Shown in pieces: positions 9,860-18,890 of a stretch of DNA of 64,000 nt. A program made the translations under genes and the position numbers. A model generated the notes under the pieces. The model was not told where the DNA came from, made no database searches, and worked only from the letters and a program-made list of their open reading frames with translations. The stretch is from Phenylobacterium aquaticum (GTDB lineage: Bacteria > Pseudomonadota > Alphaproteobacteria > Caulobacterales > Caulobacteraceae): NCBI GenBank assembly GCA_947378305.1, contig CANCJJ010000013.1:10097-74096 (forward strand), given 5' to 3'. Each line of letters opens with the position of its first letter. Position 1 is the first letter of the stretch.

Positions 9860-11347
9860 ATGACGGGTTTACTCTCCCTTATTACCTTCGCCCCACTTGC
9901 TGGGGTGGCGGCCATGTTGCTTTTGCAGGCCGCAAGGCCCTCTGATGAGGCGCGCTCGGCTGAGGCAGCACGGTGGATTGCGCTTGGGACCACCCTGGTG
10001 ACCCTGGCCCTGTCGGTTCTGCTGGTCAGCAGGTTTGACGTCCATAGCTCCGGCTTCCAGTTTCTCGAAGACATCCCCTGGTTTTCCATCCTGCACTACC
10101 GCATGGGCGTTGACGGGATTTCTGTTCTCTTTGTCCTGCTGACAGCATTCCTGATGCCCTTGTGCGTCCTGGCATCCTGGTCATCGATCACAACCCGCGT
10201 TCAGTCCTATATGATCGCGTTCCTGGTACTGGAGACCCTCGTCATGGGTGTCTTCTGCGCCCTTGATCTGGTGCTCTTCTACTCATTCTTTGAGTTCGGC
10301 CTCGTGCCCATGTTCCTGATTATCGGGATTTGGGGGGGGAAGCGTCGGGTCTACGCCGCCTATAAGTTCTTCCTCTACACCCTGCTCGGGTCCGTCCTCA
10401 TGCTGGCGGCGATCCTCGGGATGATCGGGATGTCTGGCACGAGCTCGATCCCTGAATTGATGGTCTACAAGTTCACGCCTGGGGTTCAAATCTGGCTCTG
10501 GCTCGCCTTCTTCGCCTCATTCGCTGTGAAAATGCCGATGTGGCCGGTGCATACCTGGCTCCCGGACGCCCACGTTGAGGCCCCGACAGCGGGGTCGGTT
10601 ATTCTGGCGGGTATCTTGCTGAAGATGGGCGGTTACGGTTTCCTCCGCTTCAGTCTGCCGATGTTCCCGCATGCCTCAGAGGTCTTTGCCCCCCTGATCC
10701 TGGCCCTGTCTGTGATTGCGATTATTTACACCTCGCTCGTCGCCTTCCGGCAGACAGACATCAAGAAGCTGATCGCCTATTCCTCGGTTGCCCATATGGG
10801 CTTCGTCACAATGGGGATTTTTTCTGGCAATGCCCTTGGTGTGCAGGGTGCCATGTTCCAGATGCTCAGCCATGGTGTGATTTCCGGGGCGCTCTTCCTC
10901 TGCGTGGGTGTGGTCTATGATCGGATGCACACCCGCGAGATTGCCTATTATGGTGGGCTGGTGACCCGAATGCCGGTCTATGCCGCCGTGTTTCTGCTCT
11001 TCACCATGGGCAATGTTGGTCTTCCCGGGACGTCTGGGTTTGTGGGTGAAATTCTCACCTTGACGGGTACCTATCACCTGTCGACCTGGGCGGCTCTCTT
11101 CGCCACCAGCGGGGTTATCCTGTCAGCTGTCTATGCCTTGAGCCTCTACCGGCGTGTGGTTTTCGGCCAGATGACCAATCCAGCCCTGGCTGCCATTGAA
11201 GACCTGACGGTTCGTGAGGTCGTGATTTTCGTGCCGCTCATCCTGTCCACGCTTTATCTCGGCTTTCAGCCAAATGTGGTGCTTCAGGTCACCCAGTCGT
11301 CCGTTGACAGCCTGGTCGCGGCGTATCACGCCGCCATCGGCGCCTAG
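9860..11347 (+). CDS. nuoM: NADH-quinone oxidoreductase subunit M
   Basis: ND4-type antiporter-like subunit ([40 protein letters not shown]). The ATG at 9860 ([13 protein letters not shown]...) avoids overlap with nuoL. The ORF is open from 9827. Confidence 0.9.
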   Translation: MTGLLSLITFAPLAGVAAMLLLQAARPSDEARSAEAARWIALGTTLVTLALSVLLVSRFDVHSSGFQFLEDIPWFSILHYRMGVDGISVLFVLLTAFLMPLCVLASWSSITTRVQSYMIAFLVLETLVMGVFCALDLVLFYSFFEFGLVPMFLIIGIWGGKRRVYAAYKFFLYTLLGSVLMLAAILGMIGMSGTSSIPELMVYKFTPGVQIWLWLAFFASFAVKMPMWPVHTWLPDAHVEAPTAGSVILAGILLKMGGYGFLRFSLPMFPHASEVFAPLILALSVIAIIYTSLVAFRQTDIKKLIAYSSVAHMGFVTMGIFSGNALGVQGAMFQMLSHGVISGALFLCVGVVYDRMHTREIAYYGGLVTRMPVYAAVFLLFTMGNVGLPGTSGFVGEILTLTGTYHLSTWAALFATSGVILSAVYALSLYRRVVFGQMTNPALAAIEDLTVREVVIFVPLILSTLYLGFQPNVVLQVTQSSVDSLVAAYHAAIGA

Positions 11348-11361
11348 GGGTCATTTCTCGC

Positions 11362-12798
11362 ATGTTTTCCCGTGATCTTGCGCTAGCACTTCCAGAACTG
11401 ATCCTGGCGGGTTCGGCCCTCGGCCTTCTCGTTATTGGAGCCTTCAGCCCGCGATCCTATCGCGCCGTTGGGTGGGGCGGGGTGTTTTCCCTTCTGGCAG
11501 CTGTCGCGGCAGTCTTTCTGGGGCCTCAGGGCCGGGCTTTTTCCGGCAGCCTGGTCGTGGATGGCGTCACCTTCTACAGCCAAATCGCCGTCTTCCTAGC
11601 CTGTGCAGTGGCGATCCCTTTGGGGCAGAGCTGGTTTGCGCGCAAGAACATTACCAACTTTGAGTTTCCAATCCTGATCCTGCTGGCCGCACTCGGTATG
11701 GCCATGATGGTGGGCGCTGGGGACCTGATCTCGCTTTATGTCGGTGTCGAGCTTCAATCCCTGGCGCTTTATGTCCTGGCGGCGATGTACCGGGATGATG
11801 CCAAGGCCTCAGAGGCCGGGCTGAAGTATTTCGTTTTGGGAGCTCTGTCCTCAGGACTGCTCCTGTATGGGGCGTCACTGATCTATGGTTTTGCCGGGTC
11901 TACACGGTTCGTGGATATTGCGGCCGCCGTTCAGGGACACGCTGGGACGGGCGTCCTGTTTGGTCTCGTCTTCCTGATTTGCGGGTTGGCTTTCAAGGTT
12001 TCCGCCGCACCCTTCCACATGTGGACGCCGGACGTTTATGAAGGCGCGCCGACCCCTGTGGTGGGGTTCTTTGCCGGGGCTCCCAAGATTGCAGCCATGG
12101 TTCTGTTCGCCCGGGTTCTCTATGAGTGCTTCCCCGAGGCCACGGCCCAGTGGCGTCAGATCCTGATCCTGATTGCCCTGGCTTCAATTGCCGTCGGGGC
12201 CTTTGCCGGTCTGGCCCAAACCAACCTGAAGCGCTTGTGGGCTTATTCCTCGATCGCCAATGTGGGGTACGCCGTCCTTGGCCTTGCCGCCGGGAACGGT
12301 GAAGGCGTGAAGGCCATGCTGATCTTCATGGTGCTCTACATGGTCGACGTTACGGGCTTTTTCGCTTGTCTGTCGTCTCTGACCCGGAAGGGCAAGGCGA
12401 TGGAATCCATTGAGGACATGGCGGGTCTCTTCAAGGAAAGTCCGGCCATCGCTCTGGCTATGACAGCCTTTTCGCTTTCGGCTCTTGGCTTGCCGCCTTT
12501 TTCCGGTTTCTGGGCGAAGTACTATGTGTTCAAGGCCGCCATTGGAGTGCAGGACCCCATCATTCAGGGGGCTGCTATTGCCGGGCTTGTCGGCAGCGTT
12601 GTCGCGGCTTTCTATTATCTTCGGCTTATCAAGTCGATGTGGTTCGATGCGGCGAGCGGTTCGGTTGAAGCGCCGCCACGGGATGCCGTGTTTGTCGCCA
12701 TGGCCGCTGCGCTATTTAGTTTCCCCGTCGTCCTGCTAGCCCTGCATTTCCTTGATCCTCAGGCCCAGGCGGCGGCTGCCGCCTTTGGCCTGAAATAG
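11362..12798 (+). CDS. nuoN: NADH-quinone oxidoreductase subunit N
   Basis: ND2-type subunit (FKVSAAPFHMWTPDVYEGAPTPVVGFF), 478 aa, last nuo gene. Confidence 0.9.
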   Translation: MFSRDLALALPELILAGSALGLLVIGAFSPRSYRAVGWGGVFSLLAAVAAVFLGPQGRAFSGSLVVDGVTFYSQIAVFLACAVAIPLGQSWFARKNITNFEFPILILLAALGMAMMVGAGDLISLYVGVELQSLALYVLAAMYRDDAKASEAGLKYFVLGALSSGLLLYGASLIYGFAGSTRFVDIAAAVQGHAGTGVLFGLVFLICGLAFKVSAAPFHMWTPDVYEGAPTPVVGFFAGAPKIAAMVLFARVLYECFPEATAQWRQILILIALASIAVGAFAGLAQTNLKRLWAYSSIANVGYAVLGLAAGNGEGVKAMLIFMVLYMVDVTGFFACLSSLTRKGKAMESIEDMAGLFKESPAIALAMTAFSLSALGLPPFSGFWAKYYVFKAAIGVQDPIIQGAAIAGLVGSVVAAFYYLRLIKSMWFDAASGSVEAPPRDAVFVAMAAALFSFPVVLLALHFLDPQAQAAAAAFGLK

Positions 12799-13533
12799 GT
12801 GACTTCGCCGCCGATCCAGACCTTTGAGTCTCTGGATTCGACCAATGCAGAAGCCCGCCGTCAGGCGGATGCCGGCATGGTGGGGCCTGTCTGGATTACC
12901 GCTGAAACTCAGACGGCCGGGCGTGGCCGGCGAGGGCGGGTTTGGGATGGCGGAACAGGTAATCTGGCCGCCACCTTGCTCTTCAGAACCGACAAAGCCC
13001 CGGCGGAAGCGGCCCAGATTTCCTTTGTAGCTGCCCTGGCTGTGGCAGACCTGGCCAAGTCTCTGGTCGATCCGGCCCTGGTCAGGTTGAAGTGGCCGAA
13101 TGATCTTCTGATAGATGGTAAGAAGGCCTCAGGCATTTTGGTGGAGTCAGGCCTGGGACCGGATGGTCGGCTTTGGCTGGCCGTCGGGATTGGCGTCAAT
13201 TTGAACTCCGCCCCCTCTGACCTTGAACGCCCGGCCATTGCCCTCTCTGCATATTCGAAAGGTCCGATTATACCCCTAGCAGCCCTGGACGTTCTGGCTC
13301 GGCAGTTTGCCCATTGGCAAGCGCGCTGGGAGCGAGACGGCTTTTCGGTGATTGCCGACGCCTGGACCCTTCGGGCGGCCGGTTTGGGCAAGGTTTGTGA
13401 GGCCCGGTTGGCAGACCGGTCGCATTACGGCATAGCTGAGGGCCTCGATCCGGATGGTGCCCTACGGCTTCGGACCCCGGAGGGTTCAGTCCTGCGGATC
13501 ACCGCTGGCGATGTCTTTTTCGGAGTGGCTTAA
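12799..13533 (+). CDS. birA: biotin--[acetyl-CoA-carboxylase] ligase (no N-terminal HTH domain)
   Basis: GTG start directly after the nuoN stop. Biotin-binding motif GRGRRGRVW. 244 aa, too short to carry a repressor domain. Confidence 0.8.
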   Translation: MTSPPIQTFESLDSTNAEARRQADAGMVGPVWITAETQTAGRGRRGRVWDGGTGNLAATLLFRTDKAPAEAAQISFVAALAVADLAKSLVDPALVRLKWPNDLLIDGKKASGILVESGLGPDGRLWLAVGIGVNLNSAPSDLERPAIALSAYSKGPIIPLAALDVLARQFAHWQARWERDGFSVIADAWTLRAAGLGKVCEARLADRSHYGIAEGLDPDGALRLRTPEGSVLRITAGDVFFGVA

Positions 13534-14306
13534 TGCTGTTGGCCATAGAGCAAGGCAATACCAACACCCTGTTTGCGGTTCACGACGGTGACGCCTGGAT
13601 TGCACAGTGGCGAGCCGCGACGGAGAGTAGCCGCACGGCGGATGAATATGCGGTTTGGCTGTCGCAACTTTTGAACATGGCCAGCCTTCGGTTCGACCAG
13701 ATCGATTCCTGCATTATTTCCAGTGTGGTGCCCCAGAGCATTTTCAATCTTCGGAACCTGTCACGGCGATATCTCCATGTTGAGCCCCTGGTGGTCGGAG
13801 AAAACGCAGATCTTGGCATTGCTGTGCGTCTCGACAAGCCGTCAGAAGCGGGCGCGGACCGACTGGTCAATGCGATTGGGGCCCATGTGGTCTATCCGGG
13901 CGACCTGGTCGTCATCGACAGCGGAACGGCCACGACTTTTGACGTAATAGCGGCGGATGGCGGGTTTGAGGGCGGTCTGATTGCCCCGGGCATTAACCTG
14001 TCCATGGAAGCGCTTCATGCGGCTGCCGCTAAACTTCCCCGGGTTGCGATTCAAAAGCCTGTGAAGGTCATAGGACGTGATACAGTCGGAGCCATGCAGG
14101 CCGGTGTTTTTTGGGGCTATATTGCCCTCATCGAGGGATTGATCGCTCGGATCAAGGCCGAATGGGGCCGTCCTATGACTGTAATAGCAACCGGCGGGGT
14201 TGCGTCCCTGTTTCACGGCGCGACCCAATCTATCGATCACTTTGATTCAGATTTGACAATTCGTGGGCTCTTGGAAATCCATCGGCGGAACACGATCAGG
14301 ACCTAG
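13533..14306 (+). CDS. coaX: type III pantothenate kinase
   Basis: N-terminal [11 protein letters not shown] (ASKHA phosphate-1 motif) and later [11 protein letters not shown]. 257 aa. birA-coaX adjacency is typical. Confidence 0.85.
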   Translation: MLLAIEQGNTNTLFAVHDGDAWIAQWRAATESSRTADEYAVWLSQLLNMASLRFDQIDSCIISSVVPQSIFNLRNLSRRYLHVEPLVVGENADLGIAVRLDKPSEAGADRLVNAIGAHVVYPGDLVVIDSGTATTFDVIAADGGFEGGLIAPGINLSMEALHAAAAKLPRVAIQKPVKVIGRDTVGAMQAGVFWGYIALIEGLIARIKAEWGRPMTVIATGGVASLFHGATQSIDHFDSDLTIRGLLEIHRRNTIRT

Positions 14307-15989
14307 ATGGCAAAAGCAAAACAGAACGACGAACTCGTATTCCTGCCCTTGGGCGGGTCCAACGAGATCGGAATGAACTTCAATCTTTACGGTTACGGGC
14401 CAGCCCATGCCCGGAAATGGATTGTCGTGGATTTGGGCATCACCTTCGGCGACCAGAATACGCCCGGGGTCGAAATCATCCTGCCCGACCCGGAGTTCAT
14501 CGAGACCTACGCCAAGGATATTATCGGCATAGTCCTGACTCATGCGCATGAAGACCATATCGGGGCCGTGGCCTGGCTTTGGCCGAGGCTGCGCGCGCCC
14601 CTCTATGCGACACCCTTCACGGCCTTTTTGTTGAAAGAAAAGCTTCGTGAGAAGAATCTGGCTGACGAGGCCGAGATCACGATTGTTGAGCTTGGCGGCA
14701 AGATTCAGCTGGGCCCGTTCGAAATAGATCTGATCACCCTGACCCACTCCATTCCTGAACCGAATGGTTTGGCCATTCGAACCCCACTGGGCACCATTCT
14801 TCATACAGGCGACTGGAAGATCGATCCTGATCCCCTTTTGGGGGAGGTGACTGACGAAACAGCCATTCGCACACTCGGTGACGAGGGGGTGCTGGCCATG
14901 GTGTGTGACTCGACGAACGTGTTTGTTGAGGGGCGGGCAGGGTCCGAAGCGGAAGTTCGTGTCGCCATGACCAGCTTGATCGGCAGTCTGCACGGCAAGG
15001 TCGCCGTGGCCTGTTTTGCGTCGAATGTAGCGCGTATGGATACCACCATCCGGGCGGCAGAGGCTGCCGGGCGACGGGTCTGCCTCGTCGGACGCTCCAT
15101 GCACCGTATGGCAGCAGCGGCCAAGTCTGTTGGGCTGATGTCCGATATCAAGGACTTTGTACCGGACACGCAGGCCAAGCAGTTTCCTCAGGACAAGATT
15201 CTCTTCCTCTGCACGGGCAGTCAGGGCGAAGTCCGGGCTGCGCTCTCGCGTATTGCGGAAGGAACCCATCCCCATGTGAATTTGGGGCAGGGGGATAGCG
15301 TGATCTTCTCCAGTCGCATGATCCCGGGAAATGAGGTTCCGATCCGGAACCTCCAGAACCGGTTGGCGGATCGGGGGGTGCGGCTTTACACGGAACGGGA
15401 CCACCCCGGTATCCATGTCTCTGGCCACCCCTGTCGGGCCGAATTGGCCGACATGTACAGCTGGGCACGGCCCCAGATCGCTGTCCCGACCCACGGGGAG
15501 CGGCGCCATTTGCTGGAACATGCCGCTTTTGCCCGCGACCTGCAGGTGCCACAGACCGTTTCGCCCCGAAATGGCGACATGGTGCGGCTGGCCCCCGGCC
15601 GGGCTGAAATCATCGATGAGGTGCCAGCGGGACGGATCTACGTGGATGCGGGCGTCATGACACCAGAGAATGGCGATGCCCTGCGTGAGCGCCGTCATGC
15701 CGCCTTCAATGGTGTTCTGGCGGTTTCCGTGGCCCTAGATGGACGCGGGCGGATCGTTTCGGGTCCCCAGGTCCGCGCGCTCGGCCTTCCCGCAGACGCA
15801 GAATATCCCATGGATGAGGTCCTCGATGATTTGGCCGAGGAGGCCGAGAAGGCATTTTCGCGATTGTCAGGAGATGATCGTGAGCTCGATGAGACCGTTG
15901 AAAGTGCCCTCTCGCGGGCGGTTAAGAAGGCAAGTCATCGGATCTGGGGCCGCCGCCCCGTTGTCGAAACCACTGTTCTGAGAATTTGA
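14307..15989 (+). CDS. rnj: ribonuclease J (metallo-beta-lactamase/beta-CASP family)
   Basis: HAHEDHIG (HxHxDH) motif, beta-CASP-length protein (560 aa), LGGSNEIGMN N-terminus. Confidence 0.85.
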   Translation: MAKAKQNDELVFLPLGGSNEIGMNFNLYGYGPAHARKWIVVDLGITFGDQNTPGVEIILPDPEFIETYAKDIIGIVLTHAHEDHIGAVAWLWPRLRAPLYATPFTAFLLKEKLREKNLADEAEITIVELGGKIQLGPFEIDLITLTHSIPEPNGLAIRTPLGTILHTGDWKIDPDPLLGEVTDETAIRTLGDEGVLAMVCDSTNVFVEGRAGSEAEVRVAMTSLIGSLHGKVAVACFASNVARMDTTIRAAEAAGRRVCLVGRSMHRMAAAAKSVGLMSDIKDFVPDTQAKQFPQDKILFLCTGSQGEVRAALSRIAEGTHPHVNLGQGDSVIFSSRMIPGNEVPIRNLQNRLADRGVRLYTERDHPGIHVSGHPCRAELADMYSWARPQIAVPTHGERRHLLEHAAFARDLQVPQTVSPRNGDMVRLAPGRAEIIDEVPAGRIYVDAGVMTPENGDALRERRHAAFNGVLAVSVALDGRGRIVSGPQVRALGLPADAEYPMDEVLDDLAEEAEKAFSRLSGDDRELDETVESALSRAVKKASHRIWGRRPVVETTVLRI

Positions 15990-16005
15990 GATCCGGGAGG
16001 ATGGG

Positions 16006-16431
16006 ATGATCGGCAAGCTGAACCATGTGGGTATAGCCACACCTTCGATTGAGGCCGCAGTCACTGTCTATCGGGATGTTCTTGGCGCGACCTCAATCGG
16101 CGAGCGTTTTGCCATGCCGGAGCAGGGTGTCTGGGTTTGCTTCGTCAACCTGCCCAATAGCCAGATCGAGCTGATTGAGCCCTATGGCGACGCCTCCCCA
16201 ATTCACGGTTTCCTGGCAAAAAACCCCATGGGTGGCCAACACCATGTCTGTTTTGAAGTTGAGGACATTCTGGCAGCGCGCGACGATCTTCAGGCCAAGG
16301 GGGCCAAGGTGTTGGGAACGGGTGAGCCCCGGATCGGGGCGCATGGAACGCCGGTGATCTTTGTCCATCCGAAGGACATGGGGGGTGTTCTCATCGAGCT
16401 GATGGAAGTGCCCAGAGGGGGACACGCGTGA
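16006..16431 (+). CDS. mce: methylmalonyl-CoA epimerase (VOC/glyoxalase fold)
   Basis: MIGKLNHVGIATPSIEAAV...QIELIEP...GGQHHVCFEV...VIFVHPKD..GVLIELME is the typical epimerase pattern. 141 aa. Confidence 0.85.
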   Translation: MIGKLNHVGIATPSIEAAVTVYRDVLGATSIGERFAMPEQGVWVCFVNLPNSQIELIEPYGDASPIHGFLAKNPMGGQHHVCFEVEDILAARDDLQAKGAKVLGTGEPRIGAHGTPVIFVHPKDMGGVLIELMEVPRGGHA

Positions 16432-16685
16432 CGCTATTTACGGGAATTGCGATCTATCTGACCATTTGGTGGACCGTCTTGTTTGTCGTCCTGCCCCTGG
16501 GGGTGACCAGCCATGCAGAGGCCGGGATTGATCACGGTGACGGCGGGGATCCCGGCGCGCCGGTAAACCCCAACCTCAAGCGCAAGTTTACAACGACGAC
16601 CCTGGTGGCAACGGTCCTATTTGCCATTCTTTGGACCGTATTGCGGTTCAATCTGATCCATATTTCGCCTTTGCGGGTTCTCTAA
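16428..16685 (+). CDS. DUF1467-type small membrane protein
   Basis: 85 aa, two TM helices flanking a Gly/Asp/Pro loop. GTG overlaps the mce stop (GTGA). The partnership with mce is common in Alphaproteobacteria. The family call is from memory. Confidence 0.6.
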   Translation: MTLFTGIAIYLTIWWTVLFVVLPLGVTSHAEAGIDHGDGGDPGAPVNPNLKRKFTTTTLVATVLFAILWTVLRFNLIHISPLRVL

Positions 16686-16693
16686 GGCGCAGG

Positions 16694-18001
16694 GTGTTGG
16701 CAGTGGAGGCTAGGATTTCCCGTTCACCGAGACGCGTGGCTGGCCCGTTCAGTGCATGGGAGAGGTCTATTGCGGGGCGCTATCTTCGCTCCCGACGGGA
16801 TCAGGGTGGTGTGGCCCTGATTGGACTCATCTCTTTTCTGGGCATTGCTGTGGCCGTTGCCGTGCTCATCATTGTCATGAGTGTGATGAACGGGTTTCGC
16901 GCCGAGCTGCTCGGGCGCATTCTGGGTTTTAACGGTCACGTCTATGTCAGCGGCACGGCCTTCAGACCGGATGAGCGCGGGCCCATGATTGCGCGGCTGA
17001 AAACCCTGCCCGGTGTGGTTCAGGTCTCTCCCGTCATTGAAGCCCAAGTGATGGCTCTTGGGCTAGGACAGATCTCCGGAGCCGTTGTTCGCGGCACGAC
17101 TTTGGCGGATTTGAAGTCCACTCGGCTTGTCGCGGACAATATTGTTCGTGGGTCTATGGCCGGGTTTGGCGACGGCGAGTTCGGGGGCGATGTCATCATC
17201 GTTGGCGACAAATTAGCCCAGAGCCTTGGAATTCAGCCCGGGGATCCCCTGACCCTCATCTCTCCAACCGGCGGGGCAACGGCCTTTGGCGCTCCTCCCC
17301 AGCGCAAGACCTACACGGTCGGCGGGACCTTTAGCGTCGGCATGAGTGAATATGATCAGACCTTTATCTACATGCCTCTAGAACAGGCCCAGGTCTTTCT
17401 GGGGCGGGAGGATGCCATCGACTTTGTCGAAATGAAGTTGGCCAATCCAGACAAGGCAACCGCCATCAAGCCCCAGGTGTCTGCCGTCGTGGGGTCGGAA
17501 GGGTTTGTCAGCGACTGGACAGAGAAGAACGCCTCTTATTGGGGGGCCTTGCAGGTCGAGCGGAACGTGATGCGTCTGATCCTAATGCTGGTTGTGGCGA
17601 TTGCAGCCCTGAACATTATTTCTGGTCTGATCATGCTTGTGAAAAACAAGGGTAAGGATATCGCCATCCTGCGGACCATGGGGGCCAGTCGCGGATCCAT
17701 CATGCGGATTTTCTTTATGTCCGGGGCCTCGATCGGGATACTGGGAACCTTGGCGGGCCTTATTCTCGGCACGCTCTTTTGCTTTTATATTGATCCGATC
17801 CAGCAGGCGGTGGAGTGGGTCACGGGGGCCAAGGTATTCTCCTCCGATGTCTACTACCTGTCCCGGGTTCCGGCCAAGGTGGACTGGATTGAGGTCCTTG
17901 GCATAACGGGCTGGTCCCTGGTCATGGCCTTTGTCGCGACCTTGCCCCCGGCCTGGCAGGCATCCCGCCTCGATCCCGTAGAAGCGCTTCGTTATGAATA
18001 G
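16694..18001 (+). CDS. lolC: lipoprotein-releasing ABC permease, LolC/LolE family (single copy)
   Basis: [17 protein letters not shown]... N-terminus, periplasmic MacB-type loop, C-terminal FtsX 3-TM bundle with [12 protein letters not shown]. Start ambiguous (GTG 16694, TTG 16697 or GTG 16703). The ORF is open from 16631 but overlaps the previous gene. Confidence 0.8.
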   Translation: MLAVEARISRSPRRVAGPFSAWERSIAGRYLRSRRDQGGVALIGLISFLGIAVAVAVLIIVMSVMNGFRAELLGRILGFNGHVYVSGTAFRPDERGPMIARLKTLPGVVQVSPVIEAQVMALGLGQISGAVVRGTTLADLKSTRLVADNIVRGSMAGFGDGEFGGDVIIVGDKLAQSLGIQPGDPLTLISPTGGATAFGAPPQRKTYTVGGTFSVGMSEYDQTFIYMPLEQAQVFLGREDAIDFVEMKLANPDKATAIKPQVSAVVGSEGFVSDWTEKNASYWGALQVERNVMRLILMLVVAIAALNIISGLIMLVKNKGKDIAILRTMGASRGSIMRIFFMSGASIGILGTLAGLILGTLFCFYIDPIQQAVEWVTGAKVFSSDVYYLSRVPAKVDWIEVLGITGWSLVMAFVATLPPAWQASRLDPVEALRYE

Positions 18002-18683
18002 GTCTGTTCTTCGCCTGGAAGGCTTGTTTCGGACCTACAAGTCAGGGGATCATGACCTTGAAATCCTGAAAGGCGTCGACCTGGACCTCGTGGCAGGCGA
18101 GATCGTCGGGCTGGTGGGTCCCTCGGGTTCGGGGAAATCGTCACTCCTGCATGCTGCCGGTTTGCTTGAGGCTCCGACATCCGGAAATGTTTTTGTGGAG
18201 GGGATAGATTGCTCTCGACTGTCGGACCGTCAGAGGACACGCGTCCGGCTTGAGATGATCGGGTTCGTCTATCAGGCCCACCACCTGCTGCCAGAATTCT
18301 CGGCTCTTGAGAATGTTGCGATCCCGCAGATGATTGCCGGGGCAGGGGGGAAGTCTGCCCGTCAGCGTGCAACGGCGCTTTTGACTGACCTGGGGCTCCA
18401 TGAGCGAATTCATCATCTTCCGGCCCAGCTGTCAGGGGGTGAGCAGCAGCGCGTCGCCGTAGCGAGGGCACTGGCGAATTCCCCACAGGTCCTGCTTGCC
18501 GATGAACCGACGGGGAATCTTGACCCAGCTACCTCTGCAATGGTGTTCTCCAGCCTCTCTGAGATGGCCCGGAAGCAGGGCGTGGCGGCGCTTATTGCCA
18601 CACATAATCTAGAACTCGCTCACCATATGGACCGCGTGCTGGAAGTTCGCGATGGCGGTCTGCAACCCTGGGGTGGGGCCTAG
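17994..18683 (+). CDS. lolD: lipoprotein-releasing ABC ATPase
   Basis: Walker [10 protein letters not shown], signature LSGGEQQR, Walker B LLADEPTG. Overlaps the lolC end by 8 nt. Confidence 0.85.
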   Translation: MNRSVLRLEGLFRTYKSGDHDLEILKGVDLDLVAGEIVGLVGPSGSGKSSLLHAAGLLEAPTSGNVFVEGIDCSRLSDRQRTRVRLEMIGFVYQAHHLLPEFSALENVAIPQMIAGAGGKSARQRATALLTDLGLHERIHHLPAQLSGGEQQRVAVARALANSPQVLLADEPTGNLDPATSAMVFSSLSEMARKQGVAALIATHNLELAHHMDRVLEVRDGGLQPWGGA

Positions 18684-18728
18684 TCGATCCGGATGCCCAA
18701 TGTTTTTGTGCGGGGGCGCTTGCAATGA

Positions 18729-18760
18729 GAACAAAACAAGAATAGGAACGAAATAGGAAC
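18729..18760 (+). promoter_or_regulatory. tandem candidate LexA (SOS) operators, GAAC-N7-GAAT + GAAC-N7-GAAC
   Basis: GAACaaaacaaGAAT (18729-18743) and the perfect GAACgaaatagGAAC (18746-18760). They overlap the spacer and -10 region of a TTGCAA -35-like hexamer at 18720-18725. The same motif and orientation sits in front of this window's lexA. Confidence 0.6.
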
Positions 18761-18781
18761 TTAGTTTGTGGAGTCATCTAA

Positions 18782-18871
18782 ATGGTTCGTCTCGCGCGGG
18801 AATCGCTGGCTTTTGTAGCCGTATCAAGTTTTGTCTGGATGATGTGTCAGGTGGCACAGATTGCGGCTTAG
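18782..18871 (+). CDS. 29-aa hydrophobic peptide, candidate SOS-induced membrane peptide (SidA/TisB-like by context)
   Basis: GGAG (18770-18773), 8-nt spacer, ATG 18782, 29 sense codons, TAG 18869-18871. Peptide MVRLARESLAFVAVSSFVWMMCQVAQIAA has a basic N-terminus and one TM-length hydrophobic stretch. It starts about 20 nt downstream of the SOS boxes. It is too short to appear in the ORF track. Confidence 0.5.
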   Translation: MVRLARESLAFVAVSSFVWMMCQVAQIAA

Positions 18872-18890
18872 ATCATTGGGGAGTTAGCGG

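Noticed and set aside
14247-15698. 483-aa ORF on the minus strand, antisense to RNase J. Similar long antisense ORFs: 7923-8885 (nuoL), 19743-20438 (dnaE), 38677-39912 (gltX), 54768-55730 (pyrG), 57519-58259 (eno), 62611-63279 (pdhC).
   Set aside because: Each fully overlaps a gene with unmistakable conserved motifs on the other strand. Their translations are Arg/Gly/Pro/His-rich low-complexity strings typical of shadow frames in GC-rich DNA, with no recognisable motifs or Shine-Dalgarno.
16694-18683. A single lolC/E-type permease with lolD instead of separate lolC and lolE, as a possible anomaly.
   Set aside because: A single-permease (LolF-type) Lol system is the usual state in Alphaproteobacteria and not unusual for this lineage.
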